From NCBI GenBank assembly GCA_963662315.1, contig OY759353.1:1760001-1824000 (forward strand): a DNA stretch of 64,000 nt. The letters are read 5' to 3'. This DNA comes from Geopsychrobacteraceae bacterium (lineage in GTDB: Bacteria; Desulfobacterota; Desulfuromonadia; Desulfuromonadales; Geopsychrobacteraceae). Of this stretch, positions 29,290-39,143 are shown in pieces; the stretch's first letter is position 1, and every line of letters begins with the position of its first letter. The position numbers and the translations under genes are program-made. Below the pieces are notes generated by a model. It saw only the letters and a list, made by a program, of their open reading frames with translations, was not told the origin of the DNA and searched no databases.

Positions 29290-30585
29290 TCAGTTCATCA
29301 TCATGCGTGGAAACCAGAGAGCCAGATCTGGAAAAAAGATCAACAGGAAGACAAAGGCGACAATAATCAGATAGAACGGCAAAACACCCAATACCACTTC
29401 TTCGATGGATATCTCTTCCCAGGTACTTGCAACTACGAACAGGATAACCCCCAAAGGTGGGGTCAGCTGGCCAAGTTCAACCAGGATGACAATGTAAACG
29501 CCAAACCAGATAGGATCAATCCCGTAAGCAACCAGAGTCGGATAAAGGATCGGAACGGTGATGGCAATCATCCCCAGTCCTTCCATGAAACAACCGAGAA
29601 CCCCGTAGAAGACAAGAGCACCGAAAAGGAACTGGTATTGGGACAAGCCAAGCGCCTGGAACCAGTCAACCAGATCCTCACCGACACCTGAGCGCGCTGT
29701 CGCATAGGCAAAAATCATCGAGACAAAAACAATGAACAGCACATTACCACTCAACACCAACGTCCGGCGTAAAGCTGTTTTCATGATATTCATTGAAAAG
29801 CTTTTGTACATACGGGCAATGATAATTGCGCCAAAGGTCCCGATGGCACCCGCCTCGGTAGGAGTGGCGATACCACCATAAATACTGCCTAGCACAATGA
29901 CAATCAGGATGAGCAGAGGCAGAATATCAAACAGGCATTGACGGTAGTTGACCTTCTCATCTGCCGAACCGCTATAAGCGGGAGCCAGCTCTGGTTGCAA
30001 GGTGGCCCGGATGGCAATGTAGACCATGTACAGCAGCATCAGGGCAATACCCGGAACCACCCCGGCCATAAACAGCTGGGCAATCGAGGTATCTGTAAAC
30101 ATGGAGTAGACGATAAAAGTTATACTCGGTGGGATTAGAATACCAAGAGTTCCTCCGGCAGCCAGAGATCCGGCTGCAAGTTTGCGGTTATAACCTTTCT
30201 TCCCGAGCTCAGGCAGCGCCACGGTACCCATGGCTGCAGCCGTTGGGGCACTCCCTCCTGACACCGCTGCGAACAAGCCACAACCAACCACATTGGTATG
30301 CAGCAGGCCACCGGGGAGTTTTCTTATCAGTGGTGAAATGCCATTGTACAAGCGGGTACTCAGGCCACTTCCAAGCAGAATTTCCGCCATAAAAACGAAC
30401 AGTGGAATAGCCGACAGGGTGTAACTTTCTGCGGACCCCCAACTGACAATTCCCAACGCTTTCAGGCCACCAAAACCCTGGATCAGGTAGATATAAACAA
30501 CTGCACAAGCACCAACGGCCATCTGAATCCAGAGGCCGCTGAAGATCAGCGCAATCAGAAGTCCCATTATGATTGCAATTTCCAT
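29290..30585 (-). CDS. dctM: TRAP large permease (set 2)
   Basis: AIPLFVFMAE, GGTLGILIPPS, TPTEA and LTPP. Confidence 0.95.
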   Translation of the reverse strand: MEIAIIMGLLIALIFSGLWIQMAVGACAVVYIYLIQGFGGLKALGIVSWGSAESYTLSAIPLFVFMAEILLGSGLSTRLYNGISPLIRKLPGGLLHTNVVGCGLFAAVSGGSAPTAAAMGTVALPELGKKGYNRKLAAGSLAAGGTLGILIPPSITFIVYSMFTDTSIAQLFMAGVVPGIALMLLYMVYIAIRATLQPELAPAYSGSADEKVNYRQCLFDILPLLILIVIVLGSIYGGIATPTEAGAIGTFGAIIIARMYKSFSMNIMKTALRRTLVLSGNVLFIVFVSMIFAYATARSGVGEDLVDWFQALGLSQYQFLFGALVFYGVLGCFMEGLGMIAITVPILYPTLVAYGIDPIWFGVYIVILVELGQLTPPLGVILFVVASTWEEISIEEVVLGVLPFYLIIVAFVFLLIFFPDLALWFPRMMMN

Positions 30586-30591
30586 AACCTA

Positions 30592-31137
30592 CTACTCCTC
30601 ACCCGCAGAATTGACAGTGGCTGATTTTGCGGCACACAAACGCTCGCGAACAAAATCAAGAATAAAAATGACCAGAACGATCAACCCGACAGGAATTATC
30701 AGCTGGGGAATATACAGAGGAGTTTCAAGTTTGCTCTGAGAAATGGTTCCCCGCGTGTAGGAGCTCGAAATCAGAAAAAAGGCATAATAAATTAAAATGC
30801 CACATAACCCTAATGACAATATAGAATGGAAAATGTCCATGACCTTGCGACTTGTCGTCGACAGCTTGGCATAAAACATTTCGACCTTGAACAGAGCCCT
30901 GCTCCTGAAAGTGACACAAACGCCGAAAAAAGTGATGAAGACAACCAGGTAGGACACCAATTCGTCAACAAAACCGAAGGAGAAGCCGATCGTCGAACGC
31001 AATAGAACTTCAAGCACGACCAGACAAACCATAATAACAATAGCCACCGAGGCAATCGTTTCCACACCATTATAAAGTGTTTGAATAGCCCCTTTTTCCG
31101 ACGGAGGCGGCGCTACGGGTACTGACATATTCTCCAT
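30592..31137 (-). CDS. dctQ: TRAP small permease (set 2)
   Basis: Four TM segments, EVLLR, DEL and TPLYIPQ. Confidence 0.9.
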   Translation of the reverse strand: MENMSVPVAPPPSEKGAIQTLYNGVETIASVAIVIMVCLVVLEVLLRSTIGFSFGFVDELVSYLVVFITFFGVCVTFRSRALFKVEMFYAKLSTTSRKVMDIFHSILSLGLCGILIYYAFFLISSSYTRGTISQSKLETPLYIPQLIIPVGLIVLVIFILDFVRERLCAAKSATVNSAGEE

Positions 31138-31181
31138 CCCTTATGATCAAAGTTAGCGACTGCATAGATCTCTTAATAAAT

Positions 31182-31211
31182 GTGCCCATCCCATGATCAG
31201 GAGATGGGCAC
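31182..31211 (-). terminator. Stem-loop after dctP (set 2)
   Basis: GTGCCCATC pairs with GATGGGCAC. Confidence 0.45.
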
Positions 31212-31222
31212 GACGACCATTA

Positions 31223-32215
31223 TTACTTGCCGATTGCCGCACGCACAGCGGCGAGAGCAGCTACTGCCTTGGGCCCCTTGCCTTCTGCCCACTGCGACCA
31301 GACCTTTGACATCGCCTTTTCGGCAGCGGCAACATCTGCGGCATCAGCATCGAGAATCTTCATCCCTTTGCCTGCCTGAATCTTTTTCTGAGCATGCTCA
31401 TCAACAACAAAGTTCTCGGTAATCTGCGGACCTGCCACTGCACAAGCCTTGACCAGTGCCTGTTGATTTTCCTTGGAAAGGCGCTCATAAGCGTCACGAT
31501 TGGCAATAAGAACCGAACTGCCGAAGTTCATGGCCAGGCGATAATTGGTTTTGAGAAATTCATTCCACTTCTTGGCACCACCGGCACTGGCAGTAATAAC
31601 GCCATCAACGACCCCACGTTGCAACGCCTGCGGCACCTCTGCACCTCCCATGGTTACAGCAGAACCGCCAAAATGCTCAACCAAAGCCGCTTGTTCCGGA
31701 GAGGTTACACGCATCTTCTTGCCAAACAAATCTTTAGCGGTGTTCAGGTCAAACGAGGTGAAAATAGTCTGTTCCGGATAACGGTAAAGACCAAGATAAA
31801 TAAGCCCTTGCTCTTCAAATGCCTCTTTCAGGTAAGGCTCCATGACTTTAATCGCCTTTTGCCATTCATCTTCAGTCCGGATCAGCATAGGCAGGGACAG
31901 GACACCACCAATCGGTACATTACCGAGATAGAAATAATCAGAGGCCATATCGACAATACCGTCGGCGACCGCCTGAGTGATATTGGCGGCCTTGATGTGC
32001 AGAGTGCCTCCAAGGTTCAAGTTGATTTTGAAGTTTCCAGCCGTTTCCTTTTCAATGGAGGAAATCATTTCATTGAGCCCTTTTCCTGCAGAGGAGTTAG
32101 CAACCGATACATAGGTATAGGCTGTCCAACGATCCTTTGCGCAGACCGGCATGGCCACAAGAACTAAAAATAGTGTTACAAACATAAAAACATTACTTTT
32201 CCAAATACCGTGCAT
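31223..32215 (-). CDS. dctP: TRAP substrate-binding protein (set 2)
   Basis: Signal peptide, GKKMRV and EVPQALQRGVVDG. ATG behind GGAGG. Confidence 0.92.
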   Translation of the reverse strand: MHGIWKSNVFMFVTLFLVLVAMPVCAKDRWTAYTYVSVANSSAGKGLNEMISSIEKETAGNFKINLNLGGTLHIKAANITQAVADGIVDMASDYFYLGNVPIGGVLSLPMLIRTEDEWQKAIKVMEPYLKEAFEEQGLIYLGLYRYPEQTIFTSFDLNTAKDLFGKKMRVTSPEQAALVEHFGGSAVTMGGAEVPQALQRGVVDGVITASAGGAKKWNEFLKTNYRLAMNFGSSVLIANRDAYERLSKENQQALVKACAVAGPQITENFVVDEHAQKKIQAGKGMKILDADAADVAAAEKAMSKVWSQWAEGKGPKAVAALAAVRAAIGK

Positions 32216-32486
32216 TTTTGCCTCCCGTGTTGGATTAGAACGACTTTTTATAGTTGAAGTAAAAATAAGACACAAGTATACTTAACAGCAAGCGATATTT
32301 TCTTACTTTAGAATAAGACATCCTAAATCTAATTAAGATGTTCTTTGCAAAAAATCCTTCTCCTGGTTCGGGAAAATCGCTGCAAATACCCATGTTTCAG
32401 CTTTGTGGAGAGTTTAAAGATCAACGCTCGACAGCGTTCGGGAAATAGCTCACTTGTAACCTTCTTTATCGAAATGGATTCACAGC

Positions 32487-33389
32487 ATGAATATGCGCCA
32501 GTTAAAAACGCTCATAGCTATTTATGAATATGGCAATCTTGCCAAGGCCGCCGATGCAATCGCCCTGACTCCATCTGCAGTCAGTCAGCAGATGACCTCC
32601 CTAGAAGATGAAGTAGGCAGCCCCCTGTTCGACCGCTCAACACGCCCACCTACCTTGACCTACCAGGGGATTCAGCTCCTTGAAGCGGCAAAAATCATCA
32701 CCCAGACAGCTGACCGGGTCCTTGGCTCCATCACCGGCAACAATATGATCGGTGCCCTGAACCTGGGTGCCGTGCGCAGCAGTATTTTTGGAATTTTACC
32801 CAAAGCCCTCGTTGACCTCAGGCAAAAATACCCGTTACTGAAAATCAACCTGAGAATGGGAAAAACAGAGGATCTCATGTATGACGTTTCAGTCGGAAGA
32901 CTCGATGCTGCAGTCATTGCTGAAGCCCACTCGGTTTTGCCTAACCTGATTTTTTCACCATTCATAGAAGACCCGCTATATGCTATTGCCAAAAAGGGAT
33001 CAACTTACACCGATGTCCGCGAACTTCTGACATCAGCAGAATATATCCATTTCCACAGCAATGTTCCCCTGGCGCTGCTGATCGATACGGAATTAAATAA
33101 ACAAAACATCAAGTTTCGCTCGTCAATTCAGATCGACAGTATTTTTGGCATCATCCAATGCGTCGCCAACGGTCTCGGGGTATCGGTAGTTCCCTACTCG
33201 GCATTAGCCCAACCGTTTAAGACCGATGTCCATATTCTGCCGTTTGGTGAACCCCAAGTGTGCCGACGTGTTGGTATCGTGCATATTAAAAATTCACCGA
33301 AAGATATTTTGATTGAAAAACTGCATGAAAAATTAGCCAGCTTCAGCGCCCCTTACGAAATCTTTCGTCAGCCCAAAGAGCCCTCATGA
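32487..33389 (+). CDS. LysR family transcriptional regulator
   Basis: AADAIALTPSAVSQQMTSLEDEVGSPLFDR HTH; divergent from dctP. Confidence 0.95.
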   Translation: MNMRQLKTLIAIYEYGNLAKAADAIALTPSAVSQQMTSLEDEVGSPLFDRSTRPPTLTYQGIQLLEAAKIITQTADRVLGSITGNNMIGALNLGAVRSSIFGILPKALVDLRQKYPLLKINLRMGKTEDLMYDVSVGRLDAAVIAEAHSVLPNLIFSPFIEDPLYAIAKKGSTYTDVRELLTSAEYIHFHSNVPLALLIDTELNKQNIKFRSSIQIDSIFGIIQCVANGLGVSVVPYSALAQPFKTDVHILPFGEPQVCRRVGIVHIKNSPKDILIEKLHEKLASFSAPYEIFRQPKEPS

Positions 33390-33423
33390 CATAAGAGTTC
33401 ATTGTCAGCCGATAAGACATAAT

Positions 33424-33460
33424 AAAAAAGCTCCGGATCAGAATTTGACCGGAGCAAAAA
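33424..33460. terminator. Terminator between LysR and Ldh_2 genes
   Basis: GCTCCGG pairs with CCGGAGC, flanked by A-runs. Confidence 0.5.
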
Positions 33461-33603
33461 TACATATCTTTCAACATTCTTGGCACAGCTTTCAAACACT
33501 ACTGCTGAACACCATCCTTATTCTTACAAACGCAGATTTCAGTCCCGATGCTTTCCAGTAATAACGTTTTACTTCTGTTCAACAGTTCAGTGGACAGGCA
33601 GCC

Positions 33604-34707
33604 TCAGTCCAGCAAAAACGGCACCGCCGCCCGCTCGGCAATACCCCGCAATAGTTCAATCAAGGTATTTGCCAATGGAATCCCCTCGGCCATTCTCAGC
33701 GCGTAAGTGTCAAATTCAGGGTCGCCAGCGACCAAAACCCGCTGAGAGCTATCAATCGGCTCCACACCATGCATATAGTCTATCAAGCCTTGCAGCTCTT
33801 CTTCGAAACGACCATCCAAGCGAAAATACGCTGGATCCAGAGCCAGAAAGAAATGACCGATATTATCTGGCGCTCCGGTTTCCAAGGAACGATCTTGAAA
33901 CGGGGAAAAGCCGCCACCACTTAAGGTTGAGCTCAATATTTGTACCATCATGGCTAAACCATACCCCTTATGTCCACCAAGTTCCCGTGAACCTCCCAGG
34001 GGAGTGAGGCCAGCCAGTTTATCAGGACTTAACAATAAAGATCTGGCTTCAGAGGAGTCGGTCACAAAGGTTCCGTTTGCATCGACAACCCATCCTTCCG
34101 GTAGCGGCTGCCGGTAAAGATCGTAGACCTTAACTTTGTTAGAGGCGACAACGCTGGTAGACATATCCAGCAAAAAAGGTCGCGGCCCGGCTGCCGGGGC
34201 AGAAAAAGCAATGGGGTTCGTACCCAGAACCGGCTGTTTCGCGAAGGTCGGAGTCACAAAAACGCCGCGAGCAGAGCTGGTGACCAACCCAAGACATCCA
34301 GCTTCTGCCGCCATTTTTGCATAGCATCCAGCGGCCCCGAAGTGATGGGAATTGTAAACCGAAACAATGCCGATCCCGGCTTCTTTGCATTTGTCGATAG
34401 CCAGCGCCATCCCCATTTTTGATACCAGATGCCCTAACCCGGCATCGCCATCGAGCAATACTGTTGCCACCGATTCTTTGACGATTTTTGGTTCTGCCTG
34501 GGGATTAATAGAGCCACTCTTGAGCATTTTTTCATAAAGCATCAACATTGAGACGCCGTGGGAATCTATACCATAGGTATCAGATTCCACCATCACCTCC
34601 GTTGACGCCTCCACCTGTGCGGGAGACATGCCCCACGCAGTCAGAATGGTGGAAATTTGCCTACTTAACGTTTCCCGATCAACCTGAGTCGTATTGTTGT
34701 TGTCCAT
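33604..34707 (-). CDS. Ldh_2 family oxidoreductase (malate / L-sulfolactate / ureidoglycolate dehydrogenase-like)
   Basis: GIDSHG, NSHHFGAAG, GTNPIAF, DMSTS and GHKGYGL. Confidence 0.92.
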   Translation of the reverse strand: MDNNNTTQVDRETLSRQISTILTAWGMSPAQVEASTEVMVESDTYGIDSHGVSMLMLYEKMLKSGSINPQAEPKIVKESVATVLLDGDAGLGHLVSKMGMALAIDKCKEAGIGIVSVYNSHHFGAAGCYAKMAAEAGCLGLVTSSARGVFVTPTFAKQPVLGTNPIAFSAPAAGPRPFLLDMSTSVVASNKVKVYDLYRQPLPEGWVVDANGTFVTDSSEARSLLLSPDKLAGLTPLGGSRELGGHKGYGLAMMVQILSSTLSGGGFSPFQDRSLETGAPDNIGHFFLALDPAYFRLDGRFEEELQGLIDYMHGVEPIDSSQRVLVAGDPEFDTYALRMAEGIPLANTLIELLRGIAERAAVPFLLD

Positions 34708-34907
34708 AGATCCTCATTTCATGGTCGCCTGAATACCGTCGCTTACTAAAGTGGCGATTCTCTATATCCGCAAGAAGTCAGCCAACCCTTTACCTTTGTC
34801 GATAAGTTAAAGGGTAAATGCAGTAAGAAAGTAATCCGAGCCGGAATTTAACACCTCCCCCTGCAAAAGCAAGGGAGGTGCCATAATCACAGTCCATATA
34901 TTAGGCG

Positions 34908-37900
34908 TCAACGCCCAAGCAACTCAAGCAGCCCCTGCAAGGGATGGCGCAATCTTTTCTTGTCAATCCGCTTGACCTGACTACGGCAGGAATAGCCTGA
35001 CACCAGACACCGTTCAGCTGGCAACTTGGCCAGCGTCGGTTGCCAGCTCATGGCATAGATCTCTTTGGATGCTTCCAGGTTCTTGGCCGCATGGCCATAG
35101 GTCCCGGCCATGCCACAGCAACCGACCGATACGGCCTTGAGGGTGCCTCCAAAGTGCTTGAAGATTTCCGTCCAATCGTCGTGAGTCGAAGGTTTGGCCG
35201 TTTTTTCGGTACAGTGCCCAAAGAGGTAGAATTCCCCGTCCACAGCAGGCTTTTCCGGTACCTGATCAAGAGCAGAGAGTAGCCATTCCTGGAACAGAAA
35301 GACCCTGAAATCCCCTCGCGCTTCTTGCAACGCCTTGACGTACTCATCGCGATAGCACAGGACCATCGCCGGATCCGGACCCACAATGGGGATATCCAGC
35401 TTTGCCACCTGGTTGAGGAATTGAGCTCCGCGCTGTGCGGTCCGCTCGAAACTGCCCAGGAAGCCTTTGATATGCTGCGCCTTCCCATTGGGGGTAAAGG
35501 GGAGCAGAATCGGTTCAAAGCCGAGTTTTTCAATGAGCAGAATCAGGTCCTCGACTACGGCAGCATCATAATAGGAGGTGAAGGGATCCTGCACCACCAG
35601 CACCTTTTTTGCCCGCTCTGCGGGGCTGAGTTTTTCCAGGGCGGCATAGTCATAGTCGTTGGCACGATGCCCGGCCAGACGTTTTTTCAAGTTCGGCTGA
35701 GTCAGCAACGGCACATCAACCATGCCAATGGTTTTCTCGGTCAGCTTCTGGGTGATCCCCTGCTTGATGAAAAAATTGAAAAAACCGGGAGCTTTGGCCA
35801 TGAGCGGCGCATAGCTCTCAACGGTGGCCACCAGGTAATCCTGCGGGTGGCGCAGATAACGCTGATAGTAGAGGTTCATAAAACGGGCCCGGAAGTCGGG
35901 GACATCGACCTTGACCGGGCACTGGCTGGAGCAGGCTTTACAGGCCAGACAGCCCTGCATGGCGTCCATGACCTCGTGAGAGAAATCGTAATCGCCCTTC
36001 TTTTTGCCCAGGGTGTTAAAAATCTGCCCGACCAGATCTTTGAGCCGCAGCCCTTCTTTACGTAGCAAAGTCTCTTCCGCAAGGATATTGACGCCGGCAT
36101 GCTCCAGCTGGCGCAGCCATTCACGCATCAGCCCGGCGCGCCCTTTTGGGGAGTGGCGCCGATCACCGGTCTGTTTGAATGAAGGGCACATGGGGGACGT
36201 GGTATCGTAGGAGAAGCACAAGCCATTGCCATTACAGTCGAGAGCATCTTTAAAGCTGTCACGCACGACTTCTGGAATCTGGCGATCGAAAGCTCCCCGT
36301 TTTATGGCGTCGACAGACACCAGCTCGTCTTTCGATTCAATGGGGGTACAGATTTTACCGGAGTTCATGCGGTTTAATGGATCAAACGCTCCCTTGACCT
36401 TGCGTAGTTCCCCGAACAACTCAGGACCAAAAAACTCCGGACCGTATTCGGAACGAAAACCCCGGCCATGCTCACCCCACATCAGACCACCATACTTGCT
36501 GGTCAAAGCCACCACCTGATCAGAGATGCTGCGCATCAGAACTTCCTGCTCCGGGTCACACAGATCAAGGGCTGGGCGCACATGCAAAACACCACTATCG
36601 ACATGGCCAAACATGCCATAGGCCAGGTTGTTGGCATCGAGAAGATCGCGGAACTCCATAATATAGTCTGCCAGGTGCTCCGGCGGTACGGCGGTATCTT
36701 CGGTAAAGGCCACCGGCTTTTTCCGCCCCTCCGTATTTCCCAGCAGACCAACCGCCTTTTTGCGCATAGCGTAAATGGCTTTGACGCTGTCCAGGTCTTC
36801 GCAGGTCTGATAACCGATAATACCGGCCTCCCCTTTGGCCATGATCTCATCAAGCAGCTGACACAGGGCGGTGACTTTCTCCTGCCCCTCGGCAAGGGTC
36901 TGATCAGCAAATTCAACAATATTCAGGCCAAGCAGCTCTTTATCCGGCACATCGGTAATCAGATCGCGGACGGAATGCCAGACAATGTCCTTACGCGCTA
37001 AGTTCAGTACTTTGGAATCGACGGTTTCAACCGACAGGGCTTTGGCCTTGAGCATAAAGGGGGCGGAACGCAACGCTGCTTCAAAGCTGTCGTATTTGAT
37101 ATTCACCAGAATCCGACTGACCGGGATCGGATCAAGGCTTAATTTGGCTTCGGTGATAAAGCCCAGGGTTCCTTCCGAACCACACAGGATACGCGCCAGA
37201 TCGATGGCTTCGGTATCCGGATCATAAACATGTTTCAGGTCGTAACCGGTTAAAAAGCGATTGAGCTTGGGAAACTTCTCTTCAATCTCTGTGCGCTTGC
37301 CCTGAGCGGTGGCCCACACCTGGCGGTAAATCTCACCTTCACGATCCTGCTGCGCAAACTTGTTTTGCAAAGCTTCGCCACTTGTCGGCTGACAGTCCAG
37401 GCAGCTCCCATCTTCCAGCACGGCCGTCAAACCCATCACCCGGTCGGAAGTTTTTCCGTAAACCAAAGAACCCTGTCCGGACGCATCAGTATTGACCATG
37501 CCACCAATCGTGGCCCGGTTGCTGGTTGACAGTTCAGGAGAAAAGAATAAGCCGTAAGGCTTTAAAGCATCGTTCAGCTGATCCTTGACCAGACCGGCCT
37601 CAACCCGCACCCACTTTTCTTCGACATTCACTTCCAGCACCCGGGTCATGTAACGGGACAGATCGACAATCATCCCGTCACTTAACGCTTGACCGTTGGT
37701 TCCGGTCCCTCCCCCGCGCGGTGAAAAACGGATGCCCTGGAATTCCTCCTGAGATGACAATCTGGTCATCAATGAGATATCAGCGCTATGCCGGGGAAAT
37801 ACCACCGCCTGCGGCAACCATTGATAGACGCTGTTATCTGTCGCGACCGCCAGACGACTGCCATAAGAGCTTTCGATATCACCGGCGAAGCCAGCTTGCG

Positions 37901-37967
37901 CCAGTGCTTTGATGAAGGCCAGATATTCAGGTTTTACTGAATCTTGCTGGGTTAATTTTGGGATCAT
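34908..37967 (-). CDS. ydiJ: FAD- and Fe-S-binding oxidoreductase, D-2-hydroxyglutarate dehydrogenase YdiJ-like
   Basis: TDNSVYQ, PRGGGTGTNGQ, PELSTSNRATIGGM, GEHG, CNGNGLC, CLACKACSSQCP and CCGMAG. Closely follows E. coli YdiJ as I recall it. Confidence 0.88.
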   Translation of the reverse strand: MIPKLTQQDSVKPEYLAFIKALAQAGFAGDIESSYGSRLAVATDNSVYQWLPQAVVFPRHSADISLMTRLSSQEEFQGIRFSPRGGGTGTNGQALSDGMIVDLSRYMTRVLEVNVEEKWVRVEAGLVKDQLNDALKPYGLFFSPELSTSNRATIGGMVNTDASGQGSLVYGKTSDRVMGLTAVLEDGSCLDCQPTSGEALQNKFAQQDREGEIYRQVWATAQGKRTEIEEKFPKLNRFLTGYDLKHVYDPDTEAIDLARILCGSEGTLGFITEAKLSLDPIPVSRILVNIKYDSFEAALRSAPFMLKAKALSVETVDSKVLNLARKDIVWHSVRDLITDVPDKELLGLNIVEFADQTLAEGQEKVTALCQLLDEIMAKGEAGIIGYQTCEDLDSVKAIYAMRKKAVGLLGNTEGRKKPVAFTEDTAVPPEHLADYIMEFRDLLDANNLAYGMFGHVDSGVLHVRPALDLCDPEQEVLMRSISDQVVALTSKYGGLMWGEHGRGFRSEYGPEFFGPELFGELRKVKGAFDPLNRMNSGKICTPIESKDELVSVDAIKRGAFDRQIPEVVRDSFKDALDCNGNGLCFSYDTTSPMCPSFKQTGDRRHSPKGRAGLMREWLRQLEHAGVNILAEETLLRKEGLRLKDLVGQIFNTLGKKKGDYDFSHEVMDAMQGCLACKACSSQCPVKVDVPDFRARFMNLYYQRYLRHPQDYLVATVESYAPLMAKAPGFFNFFIKQGITQKLTEKTIGMVDVPLLTQPNLKKRLAGHRANDYDYAALEKLSPAERAKKVLVVQDPFTSYYDAAVVEDLILLIEKLGFEPILLPFTPNGKAQHIKGFLGSFERTAQRGAQFLNQVAKLDIPIVGPDPAMVLCYRDEYVKALQEARGDFRVFLFQEWLLSALDQVPEKPAVDGEFYLFGHCTEKTAKPSTHDDWTEIFKHFGGTLKAVSVGCCGMAGTYGHAAKNLEASKEIYAMSWQPTLAKLPAERCLVSGYSCRSQVKRIDKKRLRHPLQGLLELLGR

Positions 37968-38564
37968 AACTTTCTCTTTCTGCGTCCATGATAAAAAATA
38001 GCTAACAGGGCATCGCCCCGTGTTCATTGGTGGTCTTCATCTATTTTCAGAATGTGAGCATATAGGACATCTATCCAAGATCAGAATCTCCATTACCTAC
38101 AAATTAAGTTGGACGCACGCAAAGCTGGAACCGCTGGCAATACCAACGAACTGATAATTATCACGCCGACCGCCCTCAAAAGGCTGAATAGAAAAACAGG
38201 AAGTGACAAAACAAAGTACAGATATAATTTTATATTCCATAACAACTACAGGTTTGTCCAGATACTGCATACCCTATTAATAAAACTGCAGAAAATTAAT
38301 TTCAAACAGTGGACAACAGCGTTCTAAACGTCCGTTGACCAAACCATTCTATATGCATGAGTTAATTCATAAAGAGAATTATTATGATAACCTTATAAGT
38401 AATCGATAAAACACTCAAGCTATAGATCACAGGAACCAGGCAGATTCCTAAAGACGGGTCAAAAGGCCAGCAAGACGGGTGTCGTATTTGATTAATCAAA
38501 GTCAGGATTATTGTAAACCGGCTTTTCCTGTCCACCTGCCTACAATACACAAGGAGAAACCAAT

Positions 38565-39008
38565 ATGATGATTAGAAAATATCGCTTTCACCTGTTTTTG
38601 ATTCTCCTGATATTACTCATGATTTTGCTACCAAACTATATGCTTAATTCTGACCTTAAACGTGTCGAAGCGTCTCGAAAGGTCGCCAATAGGTTCCTCA
38701 GTCTGATTGACGCAGGCCATTACCAACAGGTCTGGAAGAGTTGTGCCACCTACTTGCAGACCCACGTTCCGCTACAACAGTGGAATCTTCAGCTCGGTGC
38801 CGCTCGGCAATCAGCCGGTAAACTAATCGAACGCTTGGAAACCCGGCACAGCTACACTCCTGCTGGAAAAACGGGCCTTCCTGATGGCGAGTACATGGTC
38901 TACGCGTATCTCTCAAAATTCACCGATAAGGACAAGGTCCGCGAAATGGTTACCCTACACAAAGGGTCAGACGAAACCTGGCGCGTTGCCGGGTACTATA
39001 TCGAATAG
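38565..39008 (+). CDS. DUF4019-like small exported or membrane-anchored protein
   Basis: N-terminal TM, FL.LIDAG.Y, LPDGEY and C-terminal WRVAGYYI; AAGGAG RBS. Confidence 0.75.
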   Translation: MMIRKYRFHLFLILLILLMILLPNYMLNSDLKRVEASRKVANRFLSLIDAGHYQQVWKSCATYLQTHVPLQQWNLQLGAARQSAGKLIERLETRHSYTPAGKTGLPDGEYMVYAYLSKFTDKDKVREMVTLHKGSDETWRVAGYYIE

Positions 39009-39048
39009 CCCCGTGCTGTCCCTTATACTAAAGCCCTGACCGAGACAC

Positions 39049-39099
39049 CATCATCTGGCTACTTCCAGAGTTAAACCCTATGAAAGTAGCCAGGTGATG
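39049..39099. terminator. Hairpin between convergent genes
   Basis: CATCATCTGGCTACTT pairs with AAGTAGCCAGGTGATG. Confidence 0.5.
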
Positions 39100-39143
39100 A
39101 ATCAGAGTCCCCCTTTATTTAACATTTAACTCAGGAGTTCATG

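Noticed and set aside
38095..38240. Minus-strand hydrophobic peptide ending PAVPALRASNL, faintly like an ABC/LolE permease tail
   Set aside because: Too short and too weak to support without a search.
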